NCBI GenBank assembly: GCA_963575745.1 | Contig: CAUYUJ010000103.1 | Location: 620,001-669,881, forward strand | From: Prorocentrum cordatum | Taxonomy: Eukaryota | Direction of reading: 5' to 3' | DNA length: 49,881 bases | Shown here: positions 13,053 to 24,307 of the stretch, piece after piece | Layout of the letters: each line of letters starts with the position of its first letter | Numbering within the stretch: position 1 is the first letter of the stretch | Position numbers and translations under genes: made by a program | Notes under the pieces: model-generated | Seen by the model: only the letters and a program-made list of their open reading frames with translations | Told to the model about the DNA's origin: nothing | Database searches by the model: none

Positions 13053-13790
13053 TCTATACATACATACATACATACATACATACATACATGCATGCATGCA
13101 TGCATGCATGCATGCATGCACGCATGCATGCATACATACATACATACATACATACATACATACATCCGTACATACATACATGTTTGCATGCATGCATACA
13201 TACATGCATGCATGCATGCATGCATACATACATACACACATGCGTACATGTATATATATATATATATATATCTATATATGCAGACATGCATGCGTGCATG
13301 CATACATACATACATGTATGTATGTATATAATTATATGCATACGTACATACATATTCGCATGCATGCATGCATGCATGCATGCATACATACATACATACA
13401 TACATGCGTGCATACAGACATGCATACATGCATTCATACATACACATATACATACATACATATATGCATGCATGCATGCATACATACATACATACACACA
13501 TGCATACATACATACGTATATACATACATACATACATACATACATACATACATACATACATACATACATACATACATACGTACATACATACATACATACA
13601 TACATACATGCATGCATGCATGCATGCATGCATGCATGCATTCATACACACATATAGACATACATACAAACAAACAAACAAACAAACAAACAAACAAACA
13701 AACATACATGCATGCATACATACATACATACATACACACACATACATACCTACACACATACCTATATACATGTATATAGATGTGTGTATA
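13053..13790. repeat. (CATA)n/(CATG)n/(TA)n/(CAAA)n compound microsatellite
   Basis: Direct reading. Confidence 0.97.
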
Positions 13791-16026
13791 CAAGATTGCA
13801 TTGGCGTTTCGCGCCATGCACCTTGGTCTTTGAAGTTTGGTATGCAAGCGGAGGGCAGAAAAGGTCAAAGAGACAATTTGGCGATGATTCCTTGTTGCCT
13901 TTTCCAGCATCGCCGTTATAATAACGTTATTCGGTATCCTTCCTCCTTGCTTCTTTTTCCTCATTCTCGCCCTACCCTGCGAATTCTCCCCCATCCTCCT
14001 CAGCTTTTTTTTGCGGAGGCTCCTCCTTGAAGTTGTTCAGGCTTTCTTAAGGCTTCTGGAGGCCTCCTTGGCGTCTTCTGGGGGCCTCTGGGGGTTTTCT
14101 CGGGCCACCCTGCCTCCAACCGCGGTCTCCCTGAACGACCGGGTCACGATTTGGAATGCTTCGGAGGGCGTCTTGGGGCCATCTTGGGCCGTCATGACGC
14201 TCTCTTAGGCCATCTTGGAACCCTGTTGTGTCGTCTTGTGGTTCTCTTGGACTGCCTGGGAGCCCCTTCGGATGGTTTTGGTGCGATTTTCGAGCCTCCC
14301 AGGCGGTCTCGGACGCCCAGAAGACCGAAGAACAGGGCATTCCCAAAATCGTGCGTAAACACGTTGGAGAATTAATGTCTGCTGCTTTTCGGAAGCCTCT
14401 TGGGAGTCTTTTTGGGGTCGTCTTCGGGCGTCTGGTGGGTGTCTGGGGCCTCTTGGGGCCCTCGGGGGGGCGTTCGGCCGCCCTCCTGACCGATTTGGGC
14501 CCGTTGCCTAGGCCGAGCAAGGGCTTCCAGGAGCAATGAAACGCTGACAGGGCCTCCTGCAGGGGCGTCCAGGGGGTCCCTGGGGCCACGGATCCAGGGG
14601 GTCTGGAGGGTCCCGGAGGCCCAGGATTCGGGTGTCCGACTAGGGGGGGGGAGGGTCCCGAGTAATTGAGATACACAAATGGGATGGGAATATCTAAAAC
14701 AATACGTATCATGATAATAGCAGTACGATCACAATCAGTACGAACAATACGAGTAGTCGCGACCAGAATACGAAGAACAATACTAACCATACTAATTGCA
14801 TTCATAATATATAGTACTACCAATAAGAAGAAGACCAGCAGTAATACCAATAACCATGATGGTGCGAGTCAAATCTTATTCCCAATATTGATAGTAGTAT
14901 TCATAAAACTGAAATTAAGAATACGAAGAATACAGGCATCCAGTATGAAGGTTTGGTCCCCTGGGAAAGAGGGCGAGATCTTGGGAGGGGTCAGCCCCGG
15001 ACTCGGCTGGAGCCGGAGGGATGTACACAACAAATTTAACCCAATCTGAGCTTGGTAGGCACAATATATACACATCCTTGCCTGACGCAGTACAATTGCA
15101 AAGCGCACGCTTTCGCTACTGACCATGCTTCTCACTGCAGTGACTTCAGTTGACGATGGTTCACAGAGAAGCGTTTACAAGAGGCAGGGGGCTGTGGTGG
15201 TTCGCCGCAGACGTCGTAGATGATCACATCCTGAGGGCTCAGGACAGAGGACCACAGGAGACCTGAGAACGCTCCACCTCCTGCCTCTCGGCACGCTGGC
15301 CGATGGGATGCCCTGCTTGCATCCCCCTCCTAGCCTTTCCTTTCTCGCAAGTCCTGCCCGCCTGCGCTCCGAGGTCGGGGCCCGCGGCTCTACCAGACTC
15401 GACTCTAGCTCGACTCCAGCTCGACTCGAGCCAGCTCGACTCAAATTCGATCGATGTCGACGGACGTTCGGCACGGCATCGACGGACGAGTGGAGAGAGC
15501 AGCTCCAGGAAGGCCCCCAGAATCAGCATCTGACTCCCCCTTCCCCTTCCCGGCGTCCTCCTCGCCCCGCTCCTGGGCCTCCCCGTCCTCCTCTCGCTCG
15601 CCCTCGCTCTCGTCGCCCCCGTCGTCGTGCTCGTCCCCTGCTCCCCTCCCGCTCCTCCGCCTCTGTCGTGCTCGCCCTCCGAGAGCGAGCCCTCCCCGTC
15701 GGCAGCCTCCAGAGCCCCCCCGAGAGCCTCCGAGACGCCTCAGAACCCTCGCTCTCGACCTCGCCCCTCCTGCCCCACCTCCTCGTGCACGTCCTCCGCC
15801 TCCTCCCCGTCCTCGCCCTCGCACGCTCCCTCCTCGTTCCCAACTTCTCGTCCTCCTCGCCCTCCTCCTGCCCGCCTCGTCCTCCTCCGGCGCCCGCCGG
15901 AGCCGCCCCCGCCTCGGCGCCTGGCCTGCCCCAGCCCGAGGCAGGCCGGCCCAGCACCCAGCACAGCTGGGCACGAGGACGAAGGACGAGCCCGGCCTTG
16001 GAAGGGGTGCCCTCGTGTTCTCTTGT

Positions 16027-16191
16027 CACCACGCACCAAACCACCCCAACCGAACCCGAAGGCTCAGATGTACCCTCGATTTCTAGTGGGGGGGGGGTCC
16101 GGGAACAGCGAAAAAACACACATGGAGCCCATACCCCCCCCCAACCCGAAATTCGGGTCTTCGGGTTGGGTTGGGGTGGTCTGGTAGGTAG
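16027..16191. mobile_element. MITE family C; second copy ~37927-38297 within an RRM-gene intron
   Basis: TIR accaaaccaccccaacc(c/g)aacccgaag ... cttcgggttgg(g/a)ttggggtggtctggt at both loci, with similar internal sequence. Confidence 0.72.
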
Positions 16192-17390
16192 TTCTTCTGT
16201 GCTCGGGCTCTCCACCATGGAATGTTCTCTGTTTCGGGCATTCCCAGGCGGCCTTCGGCGGGGGGGCTCACGCTGTTGACCCAGCGTTCTTGCGGCCATG
16301 CTTCGACTCTGTCCACGTCCTCTTGGACCCCACACTCCCCCTTGTCATCGACGTCGTCGGCTGAGAGCCGTGGCCGTGGCCGTCGCCACGCAGAGATGTT
16401 GAAAACCAAACATGGAAAACAAGTGTTCCTTCTTCGCAAGTGCCGCGGCGCAAATGTCCCTGGAGCTGTCCCTGGACCCCCTCGCTCCGTGAACAAACCA
16501 CGACGGAAGGGTGTTTGGCAATCCTCGGCCTCTCATGGAGGCCCTGGCGGGGCCCCAGAACCGTCAAAAACGGAAACGAGGATGAGAAGCCAGACCCACG
16601 GATGGGGTCGAGGCCTCATGGGTGTCCACGAAGCAATCATGAAGACGGGCCACTGGTTTCCGAGGTCTCCGCGGAGGTCTTCGCGGAGATCCCCGGAAGC
16701 TGCCCGAGGGCCCCAGACGCCCGACAAATGAAGGAGGCTCACGATGCTTAAACACCTCCAACCCCGACCCCATCCCTGCCTGCCAGCCCGCCAGTGCCCC
16801 CCCCCCCCCCCTCCCAGTGCCCTCGAGCCGCCGCCCTCGAACCCTGATCCCCCGCAGCGCCCGCCTCTCCAGGACTCCCCGCGGGGGCTGCAGCAGACGG
16901 GGCTGGAGGTTCGTGCCGCATCGCGCCTGCGTCGGCGATGCCGTTGCGATGCGGGGCCCGGCCTGTGCTCCCGCCCCGACGTCGCCAGCGCGTCGCCGAC
17001 CCGGACATCCAGCTGCTCCCATTTTTGGAGGGCGTGGACCTTGGAGGTCCGGACCACTTCTCCATGGGCCGGTTTTTCGTCCTGAGTCGTTTTGTTGACG
17101 TTCCCGAGGCCCGGTGAGGGCCCCCGGAGGCCGAAATTCGCCCAAACCTAACCGCTCCAATTTTTTGTGGAGCGTCGGATCTCAGGGGACGTCCCAGTGC
17201 TGCGGTGCGGAGCTCTGGCCCCGCCTGCTCGAGGCTGCCCCCCAGCCTCTGCCCGCCATCTTGGCGCGCGCGCGCCCCCCCCAAAAGAGCAGGCGGCCGC
17301 CCCGGCTGCCGCGCCCACGCCTCGGAGCGACAGGCGAGCCCGCCGCCGTGGTCGTCGTCGCCGCAATCGCCGCCCGCCGTCGCTGCTTCG

Positions 17391-17392
<2 letters not shown>

Positions 17393-17432
<40 letters not shown>

Positions 17433-18325
17433 TCCAACTCCCTCCTCCTCCTCCTCCTCCTCCTCCTCCTCCTCCTCCTCCTCCTCCTCCTCCTCCTCCT
17501 CCTCCTCCTCCTCCTCCTCCTCCTCCTCCTCCTCCTCCTCCGCCCTTCTCCTCCTCCTCCTCCTCCTCCTCCTCCTCCTCCTCCTCCTCCTCCTCCTCCT
17601 CCGCCCTTCTCCTTCTCCTCCTCCTCCTCCCCTCCTCCTCCTCCTCCTCCTCCTCCTCCTCCTCCTCCTCCTCCTCCTCCTCCTCCTCCTCCTCCTCCGC
17701 CTCCTCCTCCTCCTCCTCTCCGCCCTTCTCCCCCTCCTCCTCCTCCTCCTCCTCCTCCTCCTCCTCCTCCTCCTCCTCCGCCCTTCTCCTTCTCCTCCTC
17801 CTCCTCCCTCCTCCTCCTCCTCCTCCTCCTCCTCCTCCTCCTCCTCCTCCTCCTCCTCCTCCTCCTCCTCCTCCTCCTCCTCCTCCTCCTCCTCCTCCTC
17901 CTCCTCCTCCTCCTCCTCCTCCTCCTCCTCCTCCTCCTCCTCCTCCTCCTCCTCCCCTCCTCTCCTCCTCCCTCCTCCCCTCCTCCGCCTCCCTCCTCCC
18001 TCCCCCTCCTCCTCCTCCTCCTCCTCCCCTCCTCCTCCTCCTCCTCCTCCTCCTCCTTCTCCTCCTCCTCCTCCTCCTCCTCCTCCTCCTCCTCCTCCTC
18101 CTCCTCCTCCTCCTCCTCCTCCCTCCTCCTCCTTCTCCGCCCTTCTCCTCCTCCTCCTCCTCCTCTCCTCCTCCTCGTCCTCCTCCTCCGCCTCCTCCTC
18201 CTCCTCCTCCTCCTCCCCCTCCTCCTCCTCCTCCTCCTCCTCCTCCTCCTCCTCCTCCTCCTCCTCCTCCTCCTCCTCCTCCTCCTCCTCCTCCTCCTCC
18301 TCCTCCTCCTCCTCCTCCTCCTCCC
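17393..18325. repeat. (GTC)n followed by long (CCT)n; further CCT/GGA tracts at ~11157, 22035, 22319, 23812, 29820-30595, 32070, 36638, 39382, 40185, 40660, 43168, 43441, 44833, 45457, 45718
   Basis: Direct reading. Confidence 0.97.
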
Positions 18326-18756
18326 CCTCTGGCCGCAGAAGGGGTTGCGCTCTGGGCGCCCGCCGCTCCTCGGGCCCGAGGCAGAGGCCGCAGAACGTTG
18401 GAGCCGAGGGCCGGCGCGGCTTCTCCGTGTCTGCCCGCCGCCCCCCCTCCTCGTCTCGGCGGCGGGCGAGGGGGGGCGCGCGGAGGAGAAGCAGAAGGCC
18501 CTGTCACAGGGGCGGCCGGGCCTCTCGGGAAGCCTAAGCCTGGGAGGCCGTCTCTTGGAGCCGCGGGTCGGCGCGGCTTTCTCGCACCCGCCCGCCCCCC
18601 CCGCCTTCCTCTTGTCGTGCAGGCTCTCTCCCCCCGCCGTAGGGGGCCTGGCTTAACGTGGCGGACAGAGCGTGGAGCTCAACAAAAAAAACTCCTCTTG
18701 TCGGCGGCGAGCGAGGGGGGACGCGCGAAGGAGAGCAGGGGCAACGATGGGGGGGG

Positions 18757-18945
18757 GACAGGCATAGGGGGGGTGCATCGACCCCCAGTCGCCCACTGAT
18801 CGTCGATGGGGGCCCGACGGCTCCAACACGCCCAGGAGGGTGCGGATTCACTATCGGAGGCCAATCGCCGATCAATCGGCGATGTATCGCCGATTCCAGG
18901 TCGATGCATCCCCCCCTATGCCAGTCCCCCCCGATCGTTGCCCCT
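18757..18945. mobile_element. MITE-like family D; other copies ~10680-10835 and ~39950-40145
   Basis: Shared atcgccgatc..tcggcgatg(t/c)atcgccgattccaggtcgatgc core with inverted ggggggtgcatcga / tcgatgcatcccccc arms. Confidence 0.7.
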
Positions 18946-19267
18946 CAGGAGAAGGCCTTCTCAGAAGGCGGCGGGCTTCTCAGAAGCCTCCGGCCTCCTG
19001 AGAGGTCTCCTGCGTCCTCGGGGGAGGCTCCGAAAATTTGTCTCAGGAGGCCCGGGGGCTTCCGAGCCTTCAGAGAAGGCCGGCCCCTTTTTACTTCCCT
19101 TCCCCGCTCGCCGCCAGTCTTTCAGAGGAGGAATGGATGCCGATACTGCGACTGGGCCACTTCTCATCCATTCCCCCCGTCCTCGCCACCGGGGGAAGAC
19201 GGGGGACCCCCGCGTTCGCCTCGAAGCCTTGGTCCGAAACGCACCAGACCTCCGTGGTCTCCTCGGT

Positions 19268-19650
19268 TTAGCTGCCCCGACACGCCCCTTTTGATACGCA
19301 ACACGCGCCGTGTTCAAAATGTCCGTGTCAATATGTTGCGTGTTGGTCTAACGTGTTGGCCCACCGGCGAACGTATCGCGTCAGACCTACGGTCTCAGTC
19401 TGCGGCAGGTTCGAGTCGTGTTGACCTGCGGCGACCCCGCCGCCAGCGCTCAACGTTGAACGCCGCCAGCGACCCAGAATCGGTCGATGCTGAAGGATCT
19501 GACGCTTCGGAAACGGCCGATCGTTCAAGGTTGAACGATCCCCGCGGTGTCAGAAACCAACCCCGATGTCGTCACGACACGAACTTGCTGTACGTGTTGG
19601 GTTCCGTGTCGACACGCCACGGATCGCGTGTTGCGTATCGGGACAGCTGA
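19268..19650. mobile_element. TIR element family E; partial copy ~12410-12510
   Basis: Inverted ends agctgccccga...gatacgcaacacgcg / cgcgtgttgcgtatcgggacagct; same terminal 45 bp at 12463-12508. Confidence 0.6.
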
Positions 19651-20313
19651 GACCCTCAGCTTTCCTGTGGGTTCTGCTTTCTTCTCCTCGTCCTTCCCCT
19701 CCGCAGGCCTCCCCCCTGCCTCCTCGACATCGCTGCTCGCGCTCCCCGGGCTCCTCCTTGCTCCTCCGCACCCCTCCTACCACTTGGCATCGCTCGGACG
19801 TGTGCATACAGTGGGGACCCATGCCAAAAAAACACCCTGCTCGCCTCCAGGGTGCCCTGGGTTTCTTGGGTTCCGATGGTTTTGCGATGAAAAGCGCGAC
19901 GCTCCCTCACCAAAAACCAATGGACGTCTTGGGGTCTCAGGGTTGGGCTTCTTGTGGAAGGTTCCTTGTGGTCGGGCCCCTCCTGTACTCCAGATTTCGT
20001 AATAAAAGGGAGGGGGTCTGGACCCTTCAAGACAAGCCATTTCAGACCTCCCCCGTGGGAGAACCCCCCAAAGCATCGTCCCCAGACCCCCCCAGGCCCT
20101 CCAAGACAGCCTGGAAGAGACCCCCCCCGAAATGAGACCCCCCTCCCTTTATGACGCAATCTGGAGTATGTTTCTCGACGATGGCCACCGAGGATGATCC
20201 CGGATCCTCTTACGCAGAAAAGGCGCGCGCGAAGCCGAACAAAAAGCACGGGGAGCGGACCCCCGATAGCGATGGCGAGGCCAGGCGCTGGGGAGGAGAG
20301 GGTTGGGGTGGCA

Positions 20314-20447
20314 TCAAGTCGGGCCTGTCCCTCCACAGGAGGGATATTCCCAGCTAGTCTTACAGAAATAGTGTGCGGGCGAGGCTTTTGGTGTCTCTTC
20401 CAGTTGCTCCTCGAAGTTCGGCCCGTAGGGGGACAGGCCTGGCCTAA
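20314..20447. mobile_element. MITE family A copy
   Basis: Same TIRs; perfect TSD gggtggca (20306-20313, 20448-20455). Confidence 0.87.
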
Positions 20448-21809
20448 GGGTGGCATGGGAAAGCGGGCGAGCAGCATGGGAGCGATCCGTGCTGCGCCCA
20501 GCCGGCGGCGTGCTCGCTCCGGCGCCGGACGTGCTCCTCCCAGACGACACCTCTGTGGCTGCCGCGCGCGGGGGCCCATGCCACTGCACGTGGCGCGCTC
20601 CAGAGGAGCCCTCGAGGGAGGTGGCACCTCCTCCTCTGCGGAAGGATCCAGGCGGCGGAAGGGCGGCGGAAGATGGCGGAAGCGGAACGAGGGCGGCTCC
20701 GCCGGCGGAAGCCGGCGGAAGCAGAAACCGTCCTGCCGAGGGTTGGCATGGGTGCTGTGTTGGCTCCGGGCTCCCGGTACCCGCCCTGTGCGCGGGTGGC
20801 GTGCACGCCCGAGGGGAGGAAGGAGCGGCAGGAGGAGGTGGAGGCGCAAGGGGATCCGGAGAAGCGGAGGGCGGAGAGGCCCACGGATCAGGAGGGAAAG
20901 GCAGACGCGTGACACGTGACACGAGCGAGGCGCAGACCTCCAGGCACGCGCTGGGGAACGGAAAAACTTGGGATCTGGAGGGGAAGACAAGCATCCATCG
21001 CACATGGAGGATGGTGTGGGGAGTCCTGTAGCTAAGCGGTGTCTCCTTGATGGTGTCTCCCGGGGCGCCTGCCACGGAAGCAGCACCGTCCGCCGTTCTG
21101 CCGACGGGAGCACGGCCGCCAGGCCGGAGGCACTGCCCCGGCCCCGGTGGAGTCGGGCGCTGCGTCGTTCGGGGGACGTCGACTGAGCCCTTGTCGACTG
21201 AACTTTTTACGAACTTTCGGTTTTGCAGCTCTTCGAACTCGAACTTTGGATATCCCCCCGCCCGAACTTCAACCCGAATTTTCTTTATTTTCCAAGGATG
21301 ACCGTTCCTGCCCCACTCAGCCACTTGCAACCCTTGCGGGGCAAGTCCGCACGGAGTGTTAGAGGCGACGATAGGGGCGAATAGCCCAGGGGAGAGCAGT
21401 GCATGTATTCAGGTGCGCAGATGATTTATCTCTTCGAAACGCTCCCGGGCGAATGCGTGTAATGCCCGCCCCTGGGCCATTCGCCCCTATCGCCGCCGCC
21501 GAGAGTGCTCGGCCTCCGTCTGGGCTCGCCCCGCTTGGACTTCGCCTCTCTCGGACGGGGCTGGGCCTTCCAGATGTAAGGCCGGCGCCTTCCAAGAAGC
21601 AGCCTCCTCCCAAGGAGCCTTCCCCCTTCCCCTACCCTCGGACGGGGCTGGGACGAGGAGAAACCTGTTCCAGAGCGTTACCGAACGCTTTCAGAGCGTT
21701 CCAGATCGCTCCGAGAGGGCCGCGGCGCCCGTGACAGCCTCCAGAGCCGCCGGATCTCAGAGCTTCCCGATGTATCCCCACCCGAAGGTGCCCTCGTCTT
21801 GGCTTATGA

Positions 21810-21990
21810 TGTTCCAACCTACTTTTTAGCCTTGACCACCAGACAGAATCTCGAGCACCAAAAAAGTACCGAAACTCGAGGGTTTTCACGTGCCAGTCCC
21901 TGGGGGACACTCGCCCGACACTGTTTCGACACTCCTTCGACACTGTTTCCAGGTGCTCGAAATTATTTCTAGGGTGTGGTCCTTAAGTAC
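21810..21990. repeat. Dispersed repeat; second copy ~44670-44830
   Basis: aacctacttt..agcctt..cgagcacca..gtaccgaaact..cgacac.gtttcgaca..gtgctcgaaatt shared. Confidence 0.75.
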
Positions 21991-22301
21991 GGTGGGGGCA
22001 ACCGAAGTCGTGGCTTCGTCGTGCTTCCCCCTTGCCTCCTCCTCCTCCACCGTCCCTCCTCGTCCTCCTCCTCCCTCCTCCTCCTCTTCCTCCTCCGCCT
22101 CCTCCTCCTCTTGCTCCTCCTCCTCCTCCTCCTCCTCCTCCTCCTCCTCCTCTTGCTCCTCCTCCTCCTCCTCCTCCTCCTCCTCCTCCTCCTCCTCCTC
22201 CTCCTGCGTGTCGCCGATCCCGCCAGCGTGTCGCCGAGGGCACGGGGCAGCGCGGAGCATGCTCCGCCCGGCACACGGCTGCAGCCATCCTCGCTCCAGA
22301 G

Positions 22302-23141
22302 TTGAGTCGGGCCTGTCGTCCTCCTCCTCCTCCTCCTCCTCCCTCCTCCTCCTCCTCCTCCTCCTCCTAATCCTCCTCCTCTCTTCCTCCCTCCTCCTCC
22401 TCCTCCTCCTCCTCCTCCTCCTCCTCCTCCTCCCTCCTCCTCCTCCTCCTCCTCCTCCTCCTCCTCCTCCTCCTCCTCCTCCTCTCCTCCTCCTCCCTCC
22501 TCCCTCCTCCTCCTCCTCCTCCTCCTCCTCCTCCTCCTCCTCTCCTCCTCCTCCTCCTCCTCCTCCTCCTCCTCCTCCTCCTCCTCCTCCTCCTCCTCCT
22601 CCTCCTCCTCCTCCTCCTCCTCCTCCTCCTCCCTCCTCCTGCTTCTCCTCCTCCTCCTCCCTCCTTCTCCTCCTCCTCTCCTCCTCCTCCTCCTCCTCCT
22701 CCTCCTCCTCCTCCTCCTCCTCCTCCTCCCTCCTCCTCCTCCTCCTCCTCCTCCTCCTCCTCCTCCACCTCCTCCTCCTCCTCCTCCTCCTCCTCCTCCT
22801 CCTCCCTCCTCCTCCTCCTCCTCCTCCTCCTCCTCCTCCTCCCTCCTCCTCCTCCTCCTCCTCCTCCTCCTCCTCCTCCTCCTCCTCCTCCTCCTCCTCC
22901 TCCTCCTCCTCCTTCCTCCTCCTCCCTCCTCCTCCTCCTCCTCCTCCTCCTCCTCCTCCTCCTCCTCCTCCTCCTCCTCCTCCTCCTCCTCCTCCTCCTC
23001 CTCCTCCTCCTCCTCCTCCTCCTCCTCCTCCTCCTCTACGGGGACGATGCGTTGATTCTTTTGTGGGCTATTCTGACGCATCTTGGGGGTATTTTTAGTG
23101 TTCCGCTCAAAATCCGCCTGTAGGGGGCACGCCCGGCGTAA
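22302..23141. mobile_element. MITE family A copy with ~720 bp (CCT)n tract inside its left TIR
   Basis: ttgagtcgggcctgtc...[CCT]n...ctctacg and right TIR tgtagggggcacgcccggcgtaa; TSD ctccagag/ctctagag (1 mismatch). Confidence 0.8.
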
Positions 23142-24307
23142 CTCTAGAGGGCTGGCGCCTTGTGAGGAGCAGCCTCCTCAGAATTGAGCAGGGGCCGACC
23201 GTCCCGGCCCCGGCATTCCTACAGGCCTGCACATTGTTCGCTTCTAAGTCTTCGAAAGTTCTTTGATTCTTAGGGGGGTCAAGATCCTTTCATTTCTAAT
23301 TGTTCTATATTGGGCCTCTTCCTGGCCTCTAGGGGGCCAGGAACAATTAGAAACGAGCACAATTCGAAATGAGCACGATTGGAAATGAACGACGTGTACC
23401 ACGACATGTTCTTAGAACCCTTGAATGTTCCAGTAACAAGAACGATGCTCTCATAACGTAAACCTCATGCATTGAAGCAGCAAGACGCCCTCGGCCTCAA
23501 ACACGTTCCACAGAGCACTCCGCGGAAGCCACAGACGGTTCCCAGAACATGTTCTGGGCCGGCCTATAGGCCAGCCAGGACGCCTCGTCACTGCTCGACA
23601 GAGCCCTTCCCCCCTTCCCCGGGCCCCCCTCTGCGCGCTGCCGATCACTCTGGCGTGTCGCCGAGGGGGCGGGCAGAGTGGAGCCAGCGCTCCGGCCCGC
23701 GGCCGCAGAGCTGCTCGTCGGGCGCGCCGGAGTCCTGGCTGGGTCGGGGCCCCCAGTGGCGGGGCCCTCGCGGCCTCGGATCCGGGCCGGCCATCTCGGG
23801 CCATGCTGCAGGGAGGAGGAGGAGGAGGAGGAGGAGGAGGAGGAGGAGGAGGAGGAGGAGGAGGAGGAGGAAGAGGAGGAGGAGGAGGAGGAGGAGGAAG
23901 AGGTTTGTTTGGCTTTTGGGTTTTTTGTTTCTGGTGTTCTTGGGTTTTTCGTTCGCCCCTCGCCTGGATGCCACGCGCGTGGGCCCTCTTCAGACGAAGG
24001 GCAATGACAAGACACGGATGCAGATACGGCGGAGGAGCAGGGAGGAGGAGGAGGAGGAGGAGGAGGAGGAGGAGGAGGAGGAGGAGGAGATAAGATAAGA
24101 TAAGACCCTGGGGCGCCGATCCCTCCCTGCACTGCTATGCAAGCCCTCGCTCACAACCACACATGCTGCAAAAAAGAAGGGCGCCTGGGTTCGCCATGTT
24201 GGCGGACTGGAAACGTAGCCACCGCGCTGCCCCACAGCCACGACGGCGTGGGGACTGGCCCGATGGCGGACCCGACGGCACGCAGCCTGCGGCTGCCATC
24301 ATAGGCG

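Noticed and set aside
12565..14030. His/Met/Cys/Tyr-rich ORFs
   Set aside because: Translation of CATA/CATG microsatellite.
17114..18799. Long poly-P/S/L/E/G/R ORFs here and at 8.2-10.8, 21.9-23.1, 40-40.9, 42.8-44.2 and 46.4-49.5 kb
   Set aside because: Stop-free translation of trinucleotide tracts in several frames; no domain signal.
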